From assembly GCA_964270895.1 (NCBI GenBank), contig OZ185441.1: 64,000 nt of DNA. The stretch is one strand, 5' to 3'. This document shows, piece by piece, positions 12,702 through 25,939 of this stretch (its first letter is position 1; each line of letters begins with the position of its first letter). Made by a program: the position numbers and the translations under genes. The notes below the pieces were generated by a model, which did not search any database, had not been told where the DNA came from, and worked only from the letters and a program-made list of their open reading frames with translations. This DNA comes from Podarcis filfolensis (taxonomy: Eukaryota).

Positions 12702-14964
12702 GTAAGTGAGCTTGTCATGACTCACAGATTTTCTTTTTCAACCTGCTGACAATTGCTTTTCCAATAAGTGTGTTGGAAGTATGAAATAAAGCTGTGGGAA
12801 CTTAAACAAATTGCAAAAATAAAAGGAGAGCTGGGTTGGCTTATAAGAAATATTCCAAAACCTAGAGTAAGGGCAATATCCTTTTTAGGCCAGATAAAAT
12901 GTAACACTTTCAAATGCAAGCTTTCAAGTTCTCCAGAACTCTTCATTAGATCAGATTGGGCAAGGTGGGAGGTAGGACGGGGTGGGGAATGAGCAGTCAA
13001 AAGCCCTTTTGCAGGGAAGGTAGTAGATGCATACAGTACATCCCGCAGGAAGGCCTTTTAACATTTTCCGCCTTTGAGTTTCATACTGGTGTGAATTTGA
13101 CTGACTTCCCTTTTCCTTCCTGACTGATGCCTTGCCCATGTACCCAGAGGCCAATGAAGGCTGTGAAGTTTGCATGACCAATTGTTGTGACAAGGATGTG
13201 TTCCAGAAGAAAAAATGTTTGTCTTTTTCAAGGACACATTGTGTTTTAATTGGCAGCATGTACAGCTGCTAAGCAGACATACCTTCAGAACTGATTTTGA
13301 GATACCATTTTTATGCAAATAGGTTCAGATTCTAGATTTGTCACATACTCATTATTTCAGGCTTGGAAAAGCCACTGTTTACCTTGTTTCTTAGCTTTCA
13401 TTGAACTGACCTTACTAAGATGTTTATAAATAAAAGGTCATGAATATTGTACAACTCTTCTGCATACTAGGAACTCAGTATTAAAGGTTTATACCTCTAC
13501 TCATGGATTATCCTGTGAGCAGATTTAGCAGGCACTAGTGTTAATGGCATGCTTGTGTGCATATGCTCAACTATAAGCCTAAATATTAAAAAATAAATTA
13601 AAATGATTTAATTTTGATGAAATAGATATCAGGGCTTCAACATAATGATGTTTTCCTCATGTCAGTATTAATAATAAAGATTGGCATATATGTAACATAA
13701 ATATAATATAAACTGTACATTTCATACAATTGTAGATTAATATACATTCCATATCACTGTAAGATTTGTTCTTAGAATTATTACACTGCCATTCTCAGTA
13801 GAATCTAATGAAACTATTCCAAAAAAGAAGTGCAACAAAAATGGTTTGTGTGTAGCCTTCGCTGCCTTCCTTTACCAGCTTCCTGGTTAAATTCTGGCCA
13901 AGCTCAAACTTACTATGTTTATGTATGTACTTAACAAAATGGATGTTGCAGCCATCGGGCAAAAGTCATTTTCTGACTTTCTGAACAATACTGTCATTCA
14001 TTGTTAAGTCACCAAACAAGATATCAAATATATTAAATCTTTTAGAGCTTCTATTTGTATCCATGGGAGAAACAAGACACACCATTACATCAGTTCTTAC
14101 CACATCCATCTTCTGCCATTTTAGTATGTGTTCATTCAACAGCAGCATGTCAGACGAGAATGTGCCTAGCAAGTATTTTACCACTATTTGTCTCTTAGAT
14201 CATTGTGGACTCTTACAATGTTGTCTTTTGTTGAAAATAGCAGAACATCTGTTGAAGCTATTTATTAATGCAAATTGGAACTTGTTTTCCTAAATTATAT
14301 TACATCTTGAAAATCCTCATTTAAAGAAGAAGAGTTAATGCATCGTTCTTAGGAATGAATACAATAGTTTGACCAGGCAACCTTCTCTGTTAAGACATGT
14401 TGTCCTTCAGTGTTAAGACATGTTGTCTACCACTGCACTTAGTTCCATCTTCAAAGCCGAGCTGAATCTAAATTAACTTTATTTAAAAGCCGAAGGGCTG
14501 AAACCAACAAAGTCATTGCACAAGCAGGTCTTCCATTCACACAATGGAACTTCCCCTCCTCGCACTCTCCCCCATCTGCTCCAGAGGGTTGGGGGGGGGA
14601 CCCAGAACAGATTTGGGGGTTGCAGGGCTACCCAGGAGGAGGAGAGAGAAGGGAATTTCCACCACATGAGTGGAAATTGTTCTGCCCGTACAATAACTTA
14701 GCTAGATACAACCCAAGGCCATTTTTTATTCTCCCAAGTTTTCAAATGCATTTTATGATTTTTAACATGCTATTATATATTTTGTGTGTATAAACTATGT
14801 TTATAGTGACTGCTTTGGAAGCTTTGTAAAAGCTTTGTGTTAACCTTTTAAATAAAAGAATAGATAAATAATGGCCCAAGTGTCATTGGCTGCAGAGAGT
14901 GACATGCTGAATGTTACGGTCATGTGGTTTTGGTAAAAATATGCATTGTTTGTTTTTTCTTAAG

Positions 14965-15066
14965 GAAACTTGACAAAACATATGAAGTCCAAGGCACATA
15001 GCAAAAAATGCATGGATCTGGGAGTCTCAGTAGGATCAATAGATGATCAGGATGTAGAAGAATACG
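14965..15066 (+). CDS. HIVEP1: HIVEP1 coding exon ([34 protein letters not shown])
   Basis: Acceptor TTTTTTCTTAAG|GA and donor TACG|GTAAAA. 102 nt, phase 1 to 1. Completes the zinc finger. Confidence 0.96.
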
Positions 15067-18000
15067 GTAAAAAAATTCAATTTTTTAAATTTATTTTTCA
15101 TGTATTTGCTTTTCTTTTCTAAATATTTTCCTTCCTCTGTTCAAACCTTTTATTAGATTGCTTTCACAGAACAGGCCCTATCAGTTACCACTCACCTACT
15201 AACTTTCCCTGTATAAGGTTCTAGAAGATATTTGGGGTCCCACTGTCCTCTCAGTCGCTATGCGCATATACTGTAGTGTCAGTACCAGGAGATCCTACAT
15301 ATATATGTGTATGAGATTCCTCTGAAGCCAGATCTCATTTGAATCACAACAGAACTCATGTTCATTTTCTCTCAATTCAGCCAATATATTCTACACCTAA
15401 TGATGTCGCCATGTACAGAGATTCAAAAGGAAGGGAGTAGAATTAACATCTGAACAGATCCTATGCCTTTCACTTACTGTTCACTTATTAGAGCAGATAC
15501 AAATGGATCGTGTCCCCACAACATATTAGAGGGACTATGCACTATGGAATATGTGTATCAATTGGCTCATTATACTGGGCCTCAGCCTTTTAGTGCCAGT
15601 AGTCTGATTACATCCATGTAAAAAGTCTAGAGGAATACATTAGCCAAATTTGCAGATAATTATCTTATTTATTCACAAGCCCCAAATAAGGTGGTGGAAT
15701 TCTCAGTTAACAGAATTGAATGGGCTTAGCTGTTTCTGGCTGCAGATTTGTTTGCTTTTAGGAGATGGAGAGGAGGGAGGGGATACTGATTTTGAATTAT
15801 CCTTTGTGGGTTTGTTGTTGTTTTTTTAACTTCCCTGCTAGTAAAGAACTAGCACAGAAAGGATAAGTCTCAATCTCCAAGGTAGTAGATTTTCTTTCTT
15901 TCTTAGGGGAGCATTCAAAAATTGCATTGTCCACCTCAAGTCTTGAGTTGTATGGTCTACTCTTCCACTTCATGTAGACCAGGCACTCTTCATCTGCAAT
16001 GATTTCTGTAGGATTTACTGTGCACTGAATTTTAATTGGAGAACTGGCACAATCCCCAGAATGCTGGAGAAGAAGAGAGTATGTAAGAGGATACATGTCG
16101 CATCACATTTTTGTTTGGGTGGTTATATAAACGGCACAGTTCCTATCTGTGAAAAATGCATTCTAATTCATTCAAATAAATTATATTGTCATAACGATGG
16201 GGTATGAACATCAAAATTATTACATGGTTGTAATAAAAGATGCTCAGGCCTGCATTCTTTTGTTGACCTTTTTGAAATTTAATAAATAAAATAAGGACAT
16301 TAAAATTAGGTTTGCATTCTAAACCAACTTTCAACCAAGGTATGGCTTAGCACAATTTGTAAGTGTTTAGGCCTCCAGGGTGGAGACTTTGACCACTCTG
16401 TTCCTCCTTAGTTGTCTTGCTATTACAATGTGCTGAGATAAGCCATGCCTTGGTTTAGAGTGTCATCTGAATCCAGGCTTGTGGTTTAGGTCTCCTGGAC
16501 AATAAACCAAGAACAAACCATGGGTACAGTGTGTAGTCAGTTTGGTGCACGCTTTTGTCAGTATGATATATGATACCTTTGCTTCTGTTCTGGGGGGATA
16601 TCCCCCCCCTTAAAGTATTTTTCTGATTTGTGTTAAATGGTTTACTGTGGAGTGGTGTATGTTATTTGAAAAAGGTAGAAGGGGTAAAAAATTAATGCAC
16701 TTGGTCTTTCTACTATGAATTGATGTGAATTCGGTTCTTAAAGATGTAGGAGAGGTGTTCTCTCGATTGGCATAACTTCTTAGTGCACTCAGCTATTTTT
16801 ACCTTTTTACAGTGCAAATTGAACTTTGTTTTATTGATAGAAGTAATAGGGCAACAGTCATTCTTTGTAATTTGACAATTAATTTATGGGCCCTTCAATT
16901 ACGAGGTTCAGCACAAATAAGGCAGCAACAATAGCGGGTAACTGGGTGGGAGGAGTGTGTGTGCGAAATGGAGAACTTAGTGAGGCAAGAAGAGAGGGTA
17001 CAGCACATTAGATCAGGCAGTGAAAGAGGAGACACCCAACGAACGATGGATACTCCTATGCTCAAGAACAGCAATACATTGTTTACATTAATGTTTGTCA
17101 CTTTCAACATTTTTCTGATTCCCAGGTTGTACACAAAAAGGTGAAGGGCCATAAAATAATACTTTCCATATATTTTAAAACTTCCGCTGGGCCAATTGGA
17201 TTTTTGCTGTACTGTATTGATCATTAGGCCTTTTTTTTAGCTTTAGAAATTGTAAATGTCAAACAATATTGTGCTCCACTTGACACAGAAGACAGTTGTG
17301 CTACAGAACTATGAGACTGCTGTATAACTCTCCATATATTTTTTAATGGTTTGGGGACTTCCTGTGAGATTTGAGGGGAAATACTTGCGCATGCATACTG
17401 TTGTATCCCAAGGTGTAAGGTGCAAGCAGCTGTTCCTCCTTGGCTACAGTGCCACTACCATACCTGTAGTTTAAAACAAGTGGACAAACCATTCCTTTAG
17501 AGACTAATAGAAGCAGTGCATTCTGGAAAGTATCCCACTAGGCACTTTCATGACTCCGCAAGGAGACCTCTACCTTAAAGGAAAAAAATACTAGCTTCCT
17601 TCTCAAGTTTGCTGTGTTAGATATTGGAGGGCTTTGCAGTGGTCACAATTTGACAAGATGAGGATCTTGATCATAGTTAGAGCTTTCCCACTGTAAGCTA
17701 TGGAATGGCTTTTTGCTCTCAAAGTTCTTTGTTCGCAGCCAACCATCTGATTCTGCTGCACGTGCAATTCTCTGAATTGCTGCCAGTATTTTTATTGCGC
17801 CAATTATAGTTTAAAGTATCCTGGAAGCTTTTAGACTTCCTGCAATACTTCATCATCATAGTGGATGAAAATGTTAATAATTTTGCTTTATTAAAATACA
17901 CTGATACATAAAACTCTTGAGTATCTCCTTTCTCGAGTTCTAACCCAGTAGCAAAATATTGGGTTGACTGGAACAGACTGCAGTTAAAACCATAATAGAA

Positions 18001-19285
18001 ATTAAAACAACCGTATCAACTTGTCTCCAACACACTCAGATTTCTGTTGTTTGATTTTCACTGCCAAAGGCAGTGTAGTGTAATAGCTTTAATTCTAAAC
18101 TTGGTAGGTTGCACAGAATTTGAATGCGAGTTTGCCAGAGACAGTTGGCAGAAGGGGCCAAATATAGCTTGTGGAGAGCATTTATGTGAAGCTCTTTTAA
18201 CAACACTTCTACCAATTCCATTTATTTTTCCATGAGGCTTCTCAGCACTATATGAATTGGGGGTTTATGGCAACTGGGCTGGGTGGATTGTGGCGGTGTT
18301 CTTTGTTTGTTTTTGGATTTGCCACCATTTGGGTATTGGTGAATACCACTTAGTTTCACCTTTTATGTTCCAAATCACTCTTGCATCTTTCATCTCCTAA
18401 TCCAAAGAATGCCCTTTACGCCCAAAATACAGGGCTACTATGTTTGGAATGCTGGCTTCTGAACTATGCTGTCAGACCAGGTGAACCATTCAGTGTGACA
18501 TACTTCAGCTTAGGGGTATCAGTTTTCACAGTGCTGGCCCAAGTTTTCATTATGTGTTCCTCTAAATTAGGTGATTAACGCCCCAATCCTATGTACATTT
18601 TTGAGGGGGAATGTCCTGTTTGGTAGAACTTGACATTCTTCAATGTAAGTATGTTAAGGATCGCGGCTTAAAGGCGCTTATCAGGGAAACTGATTTCCTA
18701 ATGTTTAGGGGAGAGCTGTCAAACATAAGGCCCAGGAGACTTAGCAGGCCCTTTTAGTGTCCCTATTGTGGTCCACAAGACCTTTATAGATTTATTGCAG
18801 GGTTAGGAGGCTAGGGGAAATGGTCTGACCTTCAAAGAGCTGCTGCTACATCATACCTCAACATTGCTACTGCCCCCTAAACTTGTCAGCGCAGGAGTGT
18901 GGAATCAGCCATTTTCTTGCATTTTGGCCAAGAAGGAAGGATGTGGCCAATGGAGGAGAACTGAATGATTGGAACATATGGCTGGCAGGATATGAAGACA
19001 GCTGTATTTTGCAATCAGTGACATTATGAGAAGGGGGTTCAACTTATAAGAGTTGCCAATGGGTACACAGGCCTGGAAGAGGAGCTACTGGCATTTAGAG
19101 GTAGCAGCAGTAAATTAACAAAAGGATTTCGGCAGTTAAACAAAACCCTCTGACCAGGTTTTTTTAAAAAATATATATGTATAAAGATGGACTCTAAATC
19201 AACAGAAGATGATCCTTATTATTTGTTCTTTACAAGATAATCTTGTGCAGATACACTCTTGAGGAGCAGCAGAGAACTGGCAGTA

Positions 19286-19519
19286 CAGTGGTACCTCGGG
19301 TTGCAAACACCTCGGGTTATAAACACCTTGGGTTACAGACTCTGCTAACCCGGAAGTAGTACCTTGGGTTAAGAACTTTGCCCCAGGATGAGAACAGAAA
19401 TGGCGGCACGGCGGCAGCAGGAAGCCCCATTAGCTAAAGTGGTACCTCAGGTTAAGAACGGTTTCAGGTTAAGAATGGACTTCCAGAACAAAGACAGTTT
19501 GTAACCAGAGGTACCACTG
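19286..19519. mobile_element. Tc1/mariner (Tigger-like) MITE, copy 1 (234 bp)
   Basis: TIR CAGTGGTACCTC...GAGGTACCACTG with TA TSD on both sides (19284-85, 19520-21). Internally similar to 49626-49851. Confidence 0.92.
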
Positions 19520-22500
19520 TAGATAATCCTATTTATTTGTAGCTTCAGCAATAGCCTATGCTATGGATATGGGGTATGCTGCAATTCCCCACCAAGACAG
19601 TTATGTGGGGAGATCTGTATCTGCCAGGTGCTCAGACAGTGGTGGAGGAGATACTAAGGGCTTGGGTTGTTTAATGCAGGCCTGCACAGAGCAGTCAGTA
19701 GGGAGTCATTCAAACAACTCTTTAAACTCCTTTTTATGAAAAAGAGTTTCTGCAGCTATCAAGCCCTTTATTTATTATCATTTCAAGGCGAACATCAAAG
19801 CCTATTAATCATCAGGGGCTTTTAGGTTTTTCCAGTCTGGGCTTCCCCAGCAGATGTCAGTATAAGTCTGTGATGCAATGAAGATAATAATATCAAAATA
19901 AATAATTTGGTCAGTAGGCTTTAAAAGTAAGTGTAATCTTAAGTGGTTAGGTATATTCAATTATGTGTATGAAAGAAAAGACTCCTGTATTACCAAAACC
20001 AGTCTCTAGAATAGACATGGCTGCCAAAGTATCCATTCTGAAATTCCAAAAGGCCTGCTTTGAAAGCCTAAAACAATGGATGAGATCTTTCCATGACAGT
20101 AGATGCTGTTTATACTAGAGGATATGAAAACATACCAACTTATTTACAATCAGCTAAATTGGGCGTTACACCATGTCCAGTTCTATCTCCTCAAAGGATA
20201 GTGTCCAAAATTGGTGCCGTTGTTGCTGGTGCTAATGTGACTGCTGCTGCCTAATAAATTTCTTTGACTTTTCTTCTGGAAGTTTGTCATTATTGCCCCT
20301 TATTTAAAAATGTATACTTTATACTAAACATAAGTAAAATCCTTACCCTCATCCATAAGCTCATGATCTTGACCATGCTGATTGCGAATTGGAGTCCAGC
20401 AACTTATGGAGGGCGCTATGTTGGGTCTAAATAATATAGATATAACTAATGATGGAGCAGGAAGGGAGAGAATAGGCTTTGTAATGTTCCTTGACAAGCC
20501 AGTTGTATTTGGCTGGGTATATCAGGACTAAACATAGAGTTGCCATTTTTTACTTTTCCATTGCCTGATCCTTCTTTTGTCTTGTTCATGGCTCTTTTGC
20601 TGTTCAGTCAAGTGTTTTGTAGTGGACATGTTTTTTACCAATACAGAATGAAATAGTTCTTGGTAGCTGCACACCTTTATTTTGATATTCTGTAGGTAAT
20701 TTTATGTTTTAATGACTATATAAAATGAGGGTAACACAGTGTTTTAAAAGTTTTGATTCTACTTCCCTGGAGTTTTTAAATTAAAAAAATAGCATGCCAC
20801 AATTTATTGAGGTTTGCAAAGAGCCTTAATACAGAATAAAGCTTTGCGAGCTTTATCAAAATAGTTGAAAATATAAGAGACATGAACCATTTGCTTTATC
20901 CATTTGTATACGTACCATATCTTGAACACAAGTGTGTTTGTCAGTCTTTGCTAATGCTTAACAGAAGCCATTAACGTTTTGCTGGTAATTTTAAGCAGAA
21001 TGCTTTTAGCTCTGCTGTAAGGGTTGCTTTGGCAGTGGGAAGGGAAGAAAAAGCTTCAAAGTCTTCGAACGCCATTATTAGCAGCTTATTATAGACATCA
21101 GTGGAAACACCTGCAGCAAGAAGAGAGCTTCACAACTTACTGCTGCCCAACAGTGCTGCATTTAAAGGATTATTCTTATTTTCAGAATTGTCATGGCAGA
21201 TACAAGTAGCAATATACGTAAAGGTCATTTCATCATTTCAGATGATTTAGAATTAGGTTTGTGAGCAATAAATAGCTGTTTCTCAATTGTGCAGGATCTA
21301 TGTGTCTTTCCCCCCAGCTGTTGTAATTTAACTTCCCTCCTAGCTAATTCAAATTGAAATATTTTATCATTCCTTCTTGTTTTCTCCAAGCAACCATGTA
21401 GACTGTTGCTGTACTTAATGTGTTGATTGTCAGTTGAATGCAGTCACATGTTACACTGTGGAGGACAAGCAATTTAAATGAAACTTATTGTTCTGGATTG
21501 TAATTTGCAACACCTGTAGAAAATCACCTTTTAAGATAGCGTACAACCCTCCCATCATTTACAAATCCATATTTTATGGTCTCTTAAAAGTCACTAGAAT
21601 AGATTTGTGAGTGGTTCCTGTATACAATGAGCTTGAGCACCTGGGAACTATAAAAACTTAGAAATTAAGGTGTTTGGGGTTTCTTTCTTTCTTGGTAAAG
21701 TGAGGTTTTAATTTTAAAAGCTGTAGGGGAGAAAAGTAAACACTGAAACCTGTGCTTAATTCTCTTCCTACTTGAAATCTATAAGTTCCTGGCCTTTGGT
21801 TGTGAAAGCATTTCTGCTGTGTGATCAAAGTTCTCAGTCTGCTTTCCTTAGTAACTTTTCTGTTAACAGCAATAGATTGTAAGAAGTTCTTTACATTTCA
21901 GATAGTTCAGCGGAAAAAAAATAGAAAGATAGAAAAACATGGGAGCTGGGTTGTTTAACCAACCAGACTTTGTTGTAAACCACGATCTCTCATTCATACA
22001 CTACAATAGGCCATGGCTTATGGAAAGTGAAGCTGACCACCATAGAAGCCTTTTTTCCAACCACCCAGGAGGAGGAAGACCAAGAAAGGGGGCTTTTCTT
22101 GGGCTTGTTCCAGCTCATGCATATAAGGGAGCTAAAACATGATGTGCAGAAATTATATTCACAAATGCATGAGTGCAAACCTGTTAGGGGTGTGCACAGA
22201 CCACAGAGTTTGGACCCCTGCTCAGTACTTTGGGAAACAGCCCATCTCAGTCCAAGGCACTGTGGGGTTGTTTGATCCAGCCTGGCCTCAGACTCTGTCC
22301 CTGGGGAAACAAGGCTTTGCCTTCTCCTCTCTGCCCCCCTCCAATTTGTTACTAGGAAATAATAATTTGAAAAAGATGACTGTTTTCCTTTTGGCAGACA
22401 TGAATGAAATTTGCAGTCAAAGTAGCTTCTCCAAGGTTGGCAAAGCCTGTCAGATTATAGACAATTAGGTTCAGGGGTTTTGTGCTGGACACTTTTAATT

Positions 22501-22672
22501 ATTTTTTTAAGGGGTCTAATAGCAGATGAGCTTCTACTGAATGGGGTGACTAATGGTGTAAGAGCACTAACATGCAGTTAATTTGGGAAATGAAAAAAAC
22601 TACACCCTCTTGTTATAATTTTCAAACATTACTAGGCTCTAAATGTGTGCATTTAATTTTGCCCTCTCATAG

Positions 22673-23187
22673 GTGAAAAGCAGCGGCTGGGTTATGATCG
22701 GTCCGGATTTGATGCAGAGGATTCAGAAGGGCCAGATGATGACGACAATGATAACGAAGATGATGACGAAGACAGCCAAGCTGAATCAGTTATATCTGCC
22801 ACTCCCTCCGTTTCAGCCAGCCCACAACATCATCCATCTAGAAATGTTTCTCAGGAGATCTCAAGCGCTGATGAAGAAATCAGAATTGCAGATTGCTTTG
22901 CTGGGGTTCACACAGACTCTATGGATGGGCTGCCCAAAGCACTTCTCACAAAGATGACGGTACTTAGTACAGTGCAGTCGGACTGCAGGAGCTCAGGGCC
23001 ACTGGTTACAGCTGTCCCCGGAGAAGCAAACGAAGGAAATGTGCAAGACAGAGCAACAAGCACAGATCCTGCTGTCTCCTCTGAGACAGTTCCCAAGTCT
23101 CCATGCCATCAGATGTACGTGGACTACCCAGAAGAAGCCTTGGGAAGTTCTGCTGTTGCTCCTACTGTTACGACAGTAACTTCCAAG
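22673..23187 (+). CDS. HIVEP1: HIVEP1 coding exon with the acidic region (GEKQRLGYDRSG...DDDDNDNEDDDEDSQAES...LPKALLTKMTVLST...SPCHQMYVDYPE...TSK)
   Basis: Acceptor CTCTCATAG|GT and donor AAG|GTGAGC. 515 nt, phase 1 to 0. The ORF track splits it across two frames because it starts at internal codons. Confidence 0.94.
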
Positions 23188-23269
23188 GTGAGCAGATAAT
23201 TCAGTTCACTTGTGTTAGGTGTAATCTGTACATCAATTGCACAAAGTATAGAATTAACTCAAACCCTGC

Positions 23270-23430
23270 AAAAGACCCAACCAGATGCCCATATGGGATG
23301 CTCACAAGCAGGACATGAGCACAACAGGGCTCTCCTTACAGCTGATCCTCAGAAACTGGTATTCAGAGACATACCACCTCCAACAGTGGAGGCAGAACAT
23401 AGCCATCATGGCTAGTAGCCATTGGTAGAG
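23270..23430 (-). mobile_element. Antisense CR1-type LINE 3' tail fragment
   Basis: The reverse complement (…ATGGCTACTAGCCATGATGGCTATGTTCTGCCTCC…CTGAATACCAG…GCATCTGGTTGG) resembles + strand copies at 33585-33772 and 37795-37990. Family assignment is from memory of squamate repeats. Confidence 0.7.
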
Positions 23431-24370
23431 TAACACACATGCTTCATGTAGAGCAGATTAACACACACACTTCCAAGTTCATTGCTGGGAGGCAAATAAT
23501 GCTACCCGTGTTCTTGTCTGTTAAGTACATTGGCCTAGAAGGATTTCAGTGAAAATGGGCTGCACGATTCAATTTATTCTGTGCATTAGCCATGGACCGT
23601 TGGCACAGTGAATTTAATGGGATTTAGTCTCCCAATAAATACACTGCTGTGACTGCATGTAACTCTCTGTTGTAGAACTATATAGCCATGTGTATTTTAC
23701 ATATCTCTATATATGTATAAATACTCAGAAACTACTATTCAGCCGGGCTTTACCCATGCTTGGAAACAGAGCTTCCCCATTGCCAGCAATAGAAGGGGAA
23801 AGAGTCTGAATTTTGTCATAGCTAGCAATGCAAAGAATCACGAGCGTGCAAAGCTATACCATATAGAAGTACTTTTAAAGCTGCTCAGTAGCCACATGAC
23901 CTATGTGACTCTTTGGAAATCAAATGCACTGAAATAGCACATTCTGGTCGACTTGTAATTTTTTTAACAATAGTAGAATATTGGCAAACTTATCTCTTTT
24001 AGAGAAGAGGTTTTTGAGCTGTGTTGGGATGGAGGAAGGGAGAGAATGGTTTGGGCCTTCCTGTATTTAACTTGAAACAAAGGTGGCTCTACTTTAGCCA
24101 ACAGAGGAAGCAATCTGGGCTGCCAAGGGCAAAGAATGCCCCAAATGTTCAAAGCAGAAGAGCCACAAATGGAACTAAAACACAGGACACCCAGCAGAAT
24201 CTGTCAAAAATAATCAACCTGCAGCACTTAGGGAGGAGTGTTTTTAGCGGCTGCCCAACTCTCCTGTGGTTGGCTGCTTTCACATTTTAAGAAATAAAGC
24301 TAGACAATGTTGAACTGCCTGTATCTTCTTATTGATGGCTTCAAAAATATTATTCTTTTTGTTACACTAG

Positions 24371-25561
24371 AGCACAACTTCTACAAGACTTCCTTCTCCA
24401 CCCGTTGACCGGAGTACACAAACCTCCACGGTTGTTCCTTCAATGGCCTCGCCTTTCCCAGAGATGCAACCGCAGAAGCCCGAGGAGCATCAGCAACAGA
24501 TCATGAAATCAGCACCTCCTCAGACTCACCTGTTTAGCCACCTCCCTTTGCACTCGCAGCAACAAACCAAGACCCCTTACGGGATGATTCCAGTGGGGGG
24601 AATCCATGTGGTACCTGCTGGCTTGGCCACATACTCGACTTTCCTCCCCATTCAGGCTGGGCCGGTACAGCTCACTATTCCCGCCGTTAGCGTGATCCAC
24701 AGAACTACAAGTGCACTTGGCGACCCAGCATGTGCAATGTCCGGCACTGCAAATCATCTCAGCGTTGCTGAAGTGAACAGCGTTGTTCCTTGCATCCCAA
24801 TAGGCCAGATCAATGTACCGGGAATCCAGAGCCTGAGCGCACCAACCCTGCAGCCTCTTCCGTCGTTGAGCATGGAGACGGTGAACATCTTAGGCCTGAC
24901 GAACACCAACATCACTCCGCAAATACACCCTTCGGGATTAACACTGAATGCCGTAGGCCTACAAGTGTTGACTGCAAACCCTTCCCCTCAGAGCAACTCA
25001 AGCCCTCAGACGCACATTCCAGGTCTGCAAATATTAAACATAGCACTGCCGACTTTAATCCCTTCGGTCAGCCCTGTGACTGCAGATGGGCAGGGCATTC
25101 CAGAAACACCAGCTTCTAGTAGCAAGGCCTCCGAAACTCCTCCACATCAGGGTCCTGCGAGTGTCGCTAGCGATGCTGCTGCTGCTCCAGTCACCAGTGC
25201 TACATCATCTCAGGTGGGACCCGCCGACCAGCAGTACAGCATTGAAAGTCATTTGGAGGCTGATCCTTCAAGCGGGTACCAACGGCACGATAGCCCGGGT
25301 AAACTGGACACTGAAAAGCCTGACTCACAGAGTCATACGAAACCAAAGTGCAATATCAATTCTGTTCAGGTCGAACAGGCTTCTGCTTCAGAGCCTCCTA
25401 TGAAGGTGAATTCTGACGTTTTACCCAATTGCCCCAGACATCGGACTGTCTCTCTAGATAGACAAGCGCATAGGCGGAAAGGGTTGCCCGAGAGGCAAAA
25501 TACTGTGGAGTTTAGTGACGGCAGCAGCGACGATGAGGATAGACTTATAATAGAAACCTAG
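24371..25561 (+). CDS. HIVEP1: HIVEP1 last coding exon (STTSTRLPSPP...THLFSHLPLHSQQ...SSDDEDRLIIET*)
   Basis: Acceptor TTTTTGTTACACTAG|AGC, in frame with ORF 24443-25561 (72 nt upstream). Contains HLFSHLPLHSQ and the C-terminal SDDEDRL(I/V)IxT of HIVEP1. Confidence 0.95.
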   Translation, partial: STTSTRLPSPPVDRSTQTSTVVPSMASPFPEMQPQKPEEHQQQIMKSAPPQTHLFSHLPLHSQQQTKTPYGMIPVGGIHVVPAGLATYSTFLPIQAGPVQLTIPAVSVIHRTTSALGDPACAMSGTANHLSVAEVNSVVPCIPIGQINVPGIQSLSAPTLQPLPSLSMETVNILGLTNTNITPQIHPSGLTLNAVGLQVLTANPSPQSNSSPQTHIPGLQILNIALPTLIPSVSPVTADGQGIPETPASSSKASETPPHQGPASVASDAAAAPVTSATSSQVGPADQQYSIESHLEADPSSGYQRHDSPGKLDTEKPDSQSHTKPKCNINSVQVEQASASEPPMKVNSDVLPNCPRHRTVSLDRQAHRRKGLPERQNTVEFSDGSSDDEDRLIIET

Positions 25562-25585
25562 GGTTTTTTTGGTTTTACGTTGGGT

Positions 25586-25612
25586 TGTGTGTGTGTGTGT
25601 GCGTGTGTGTGT
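25586..25612 (+). repeat. (TG)n microsatellite at the start of the HIVEP1 3' UTR
   Basis: TGTGTGTGTGTGTGTGCGTGTGTGTGT, 25 nt after the stop codon. Confidence 0.95.
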
Positions 25613-25904
25613 TTGTTTTTCGTTTTTTTTTTAAAGTAACACAGGTTTTCTTGCAAACCTCCCTTTTACTTAAAGCACATTTTTTTTCTGACACAAACTC
25701 ATTACTAATCTTTGTGCAATCATGAATTTTTGACCAATAATTGTTGTTTCTTGTCAGCTCCGGCCATTTTTGTACATGTTGTATAGACAATTGTGCCTTT
25801 TTTTGGAGTTTTATGTTTAGAATACTGTACAGATTGTCAAAATTATATATATATTATATGTATATTAAAACCAAGTAGTTACTTGTGTTTCGTAAGTAAA
25901 ACAA

Positions 25905-25939
25905 AATAAATAAAAAAATCTTACGTCAGATGGAATAAA
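25905..25939 (+). terminator. Candidate HIVEP1 polyadenylation signal cluster
   Basis: AATAAA at 25905-25910, 25909-25914 and 25934-25939, 340-380 nt after the stop in an AU-rich UTR. A further AGTAAA near 26143 could be a distal site. The actual 3' end cannot be determined from sequence. Confidence 0.55.

Noticed and set aside
17353-17362. kappaB-type site GGGGACTTCC in a HIVEP1 intron (autoregulation idea, since HIVEP1 binds kappaB sites)
   Set aside because: The degenerate GGGRNNYYCC pattern is expected many times per 64 kb, and there is no supporting context.
21186-21217. 32-nt micro-exon candidate (TTTTCAG|…TAC|GTAAAG)
   Set aside because: It is frame-shifting, the donor is weak and there is no other support. 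Such signal pairs are common in AT-rich introns.
23188-23415. A 72-codon open stretch in frame with the HIVEP1 acidic exon, separated by one TAA, suggesting a relic exon extension
   Set aside because: Most of it (23270-23430) is an antisense CR1-type 3' tail also present at 33585 and 37795, so the open frame is coincidental.
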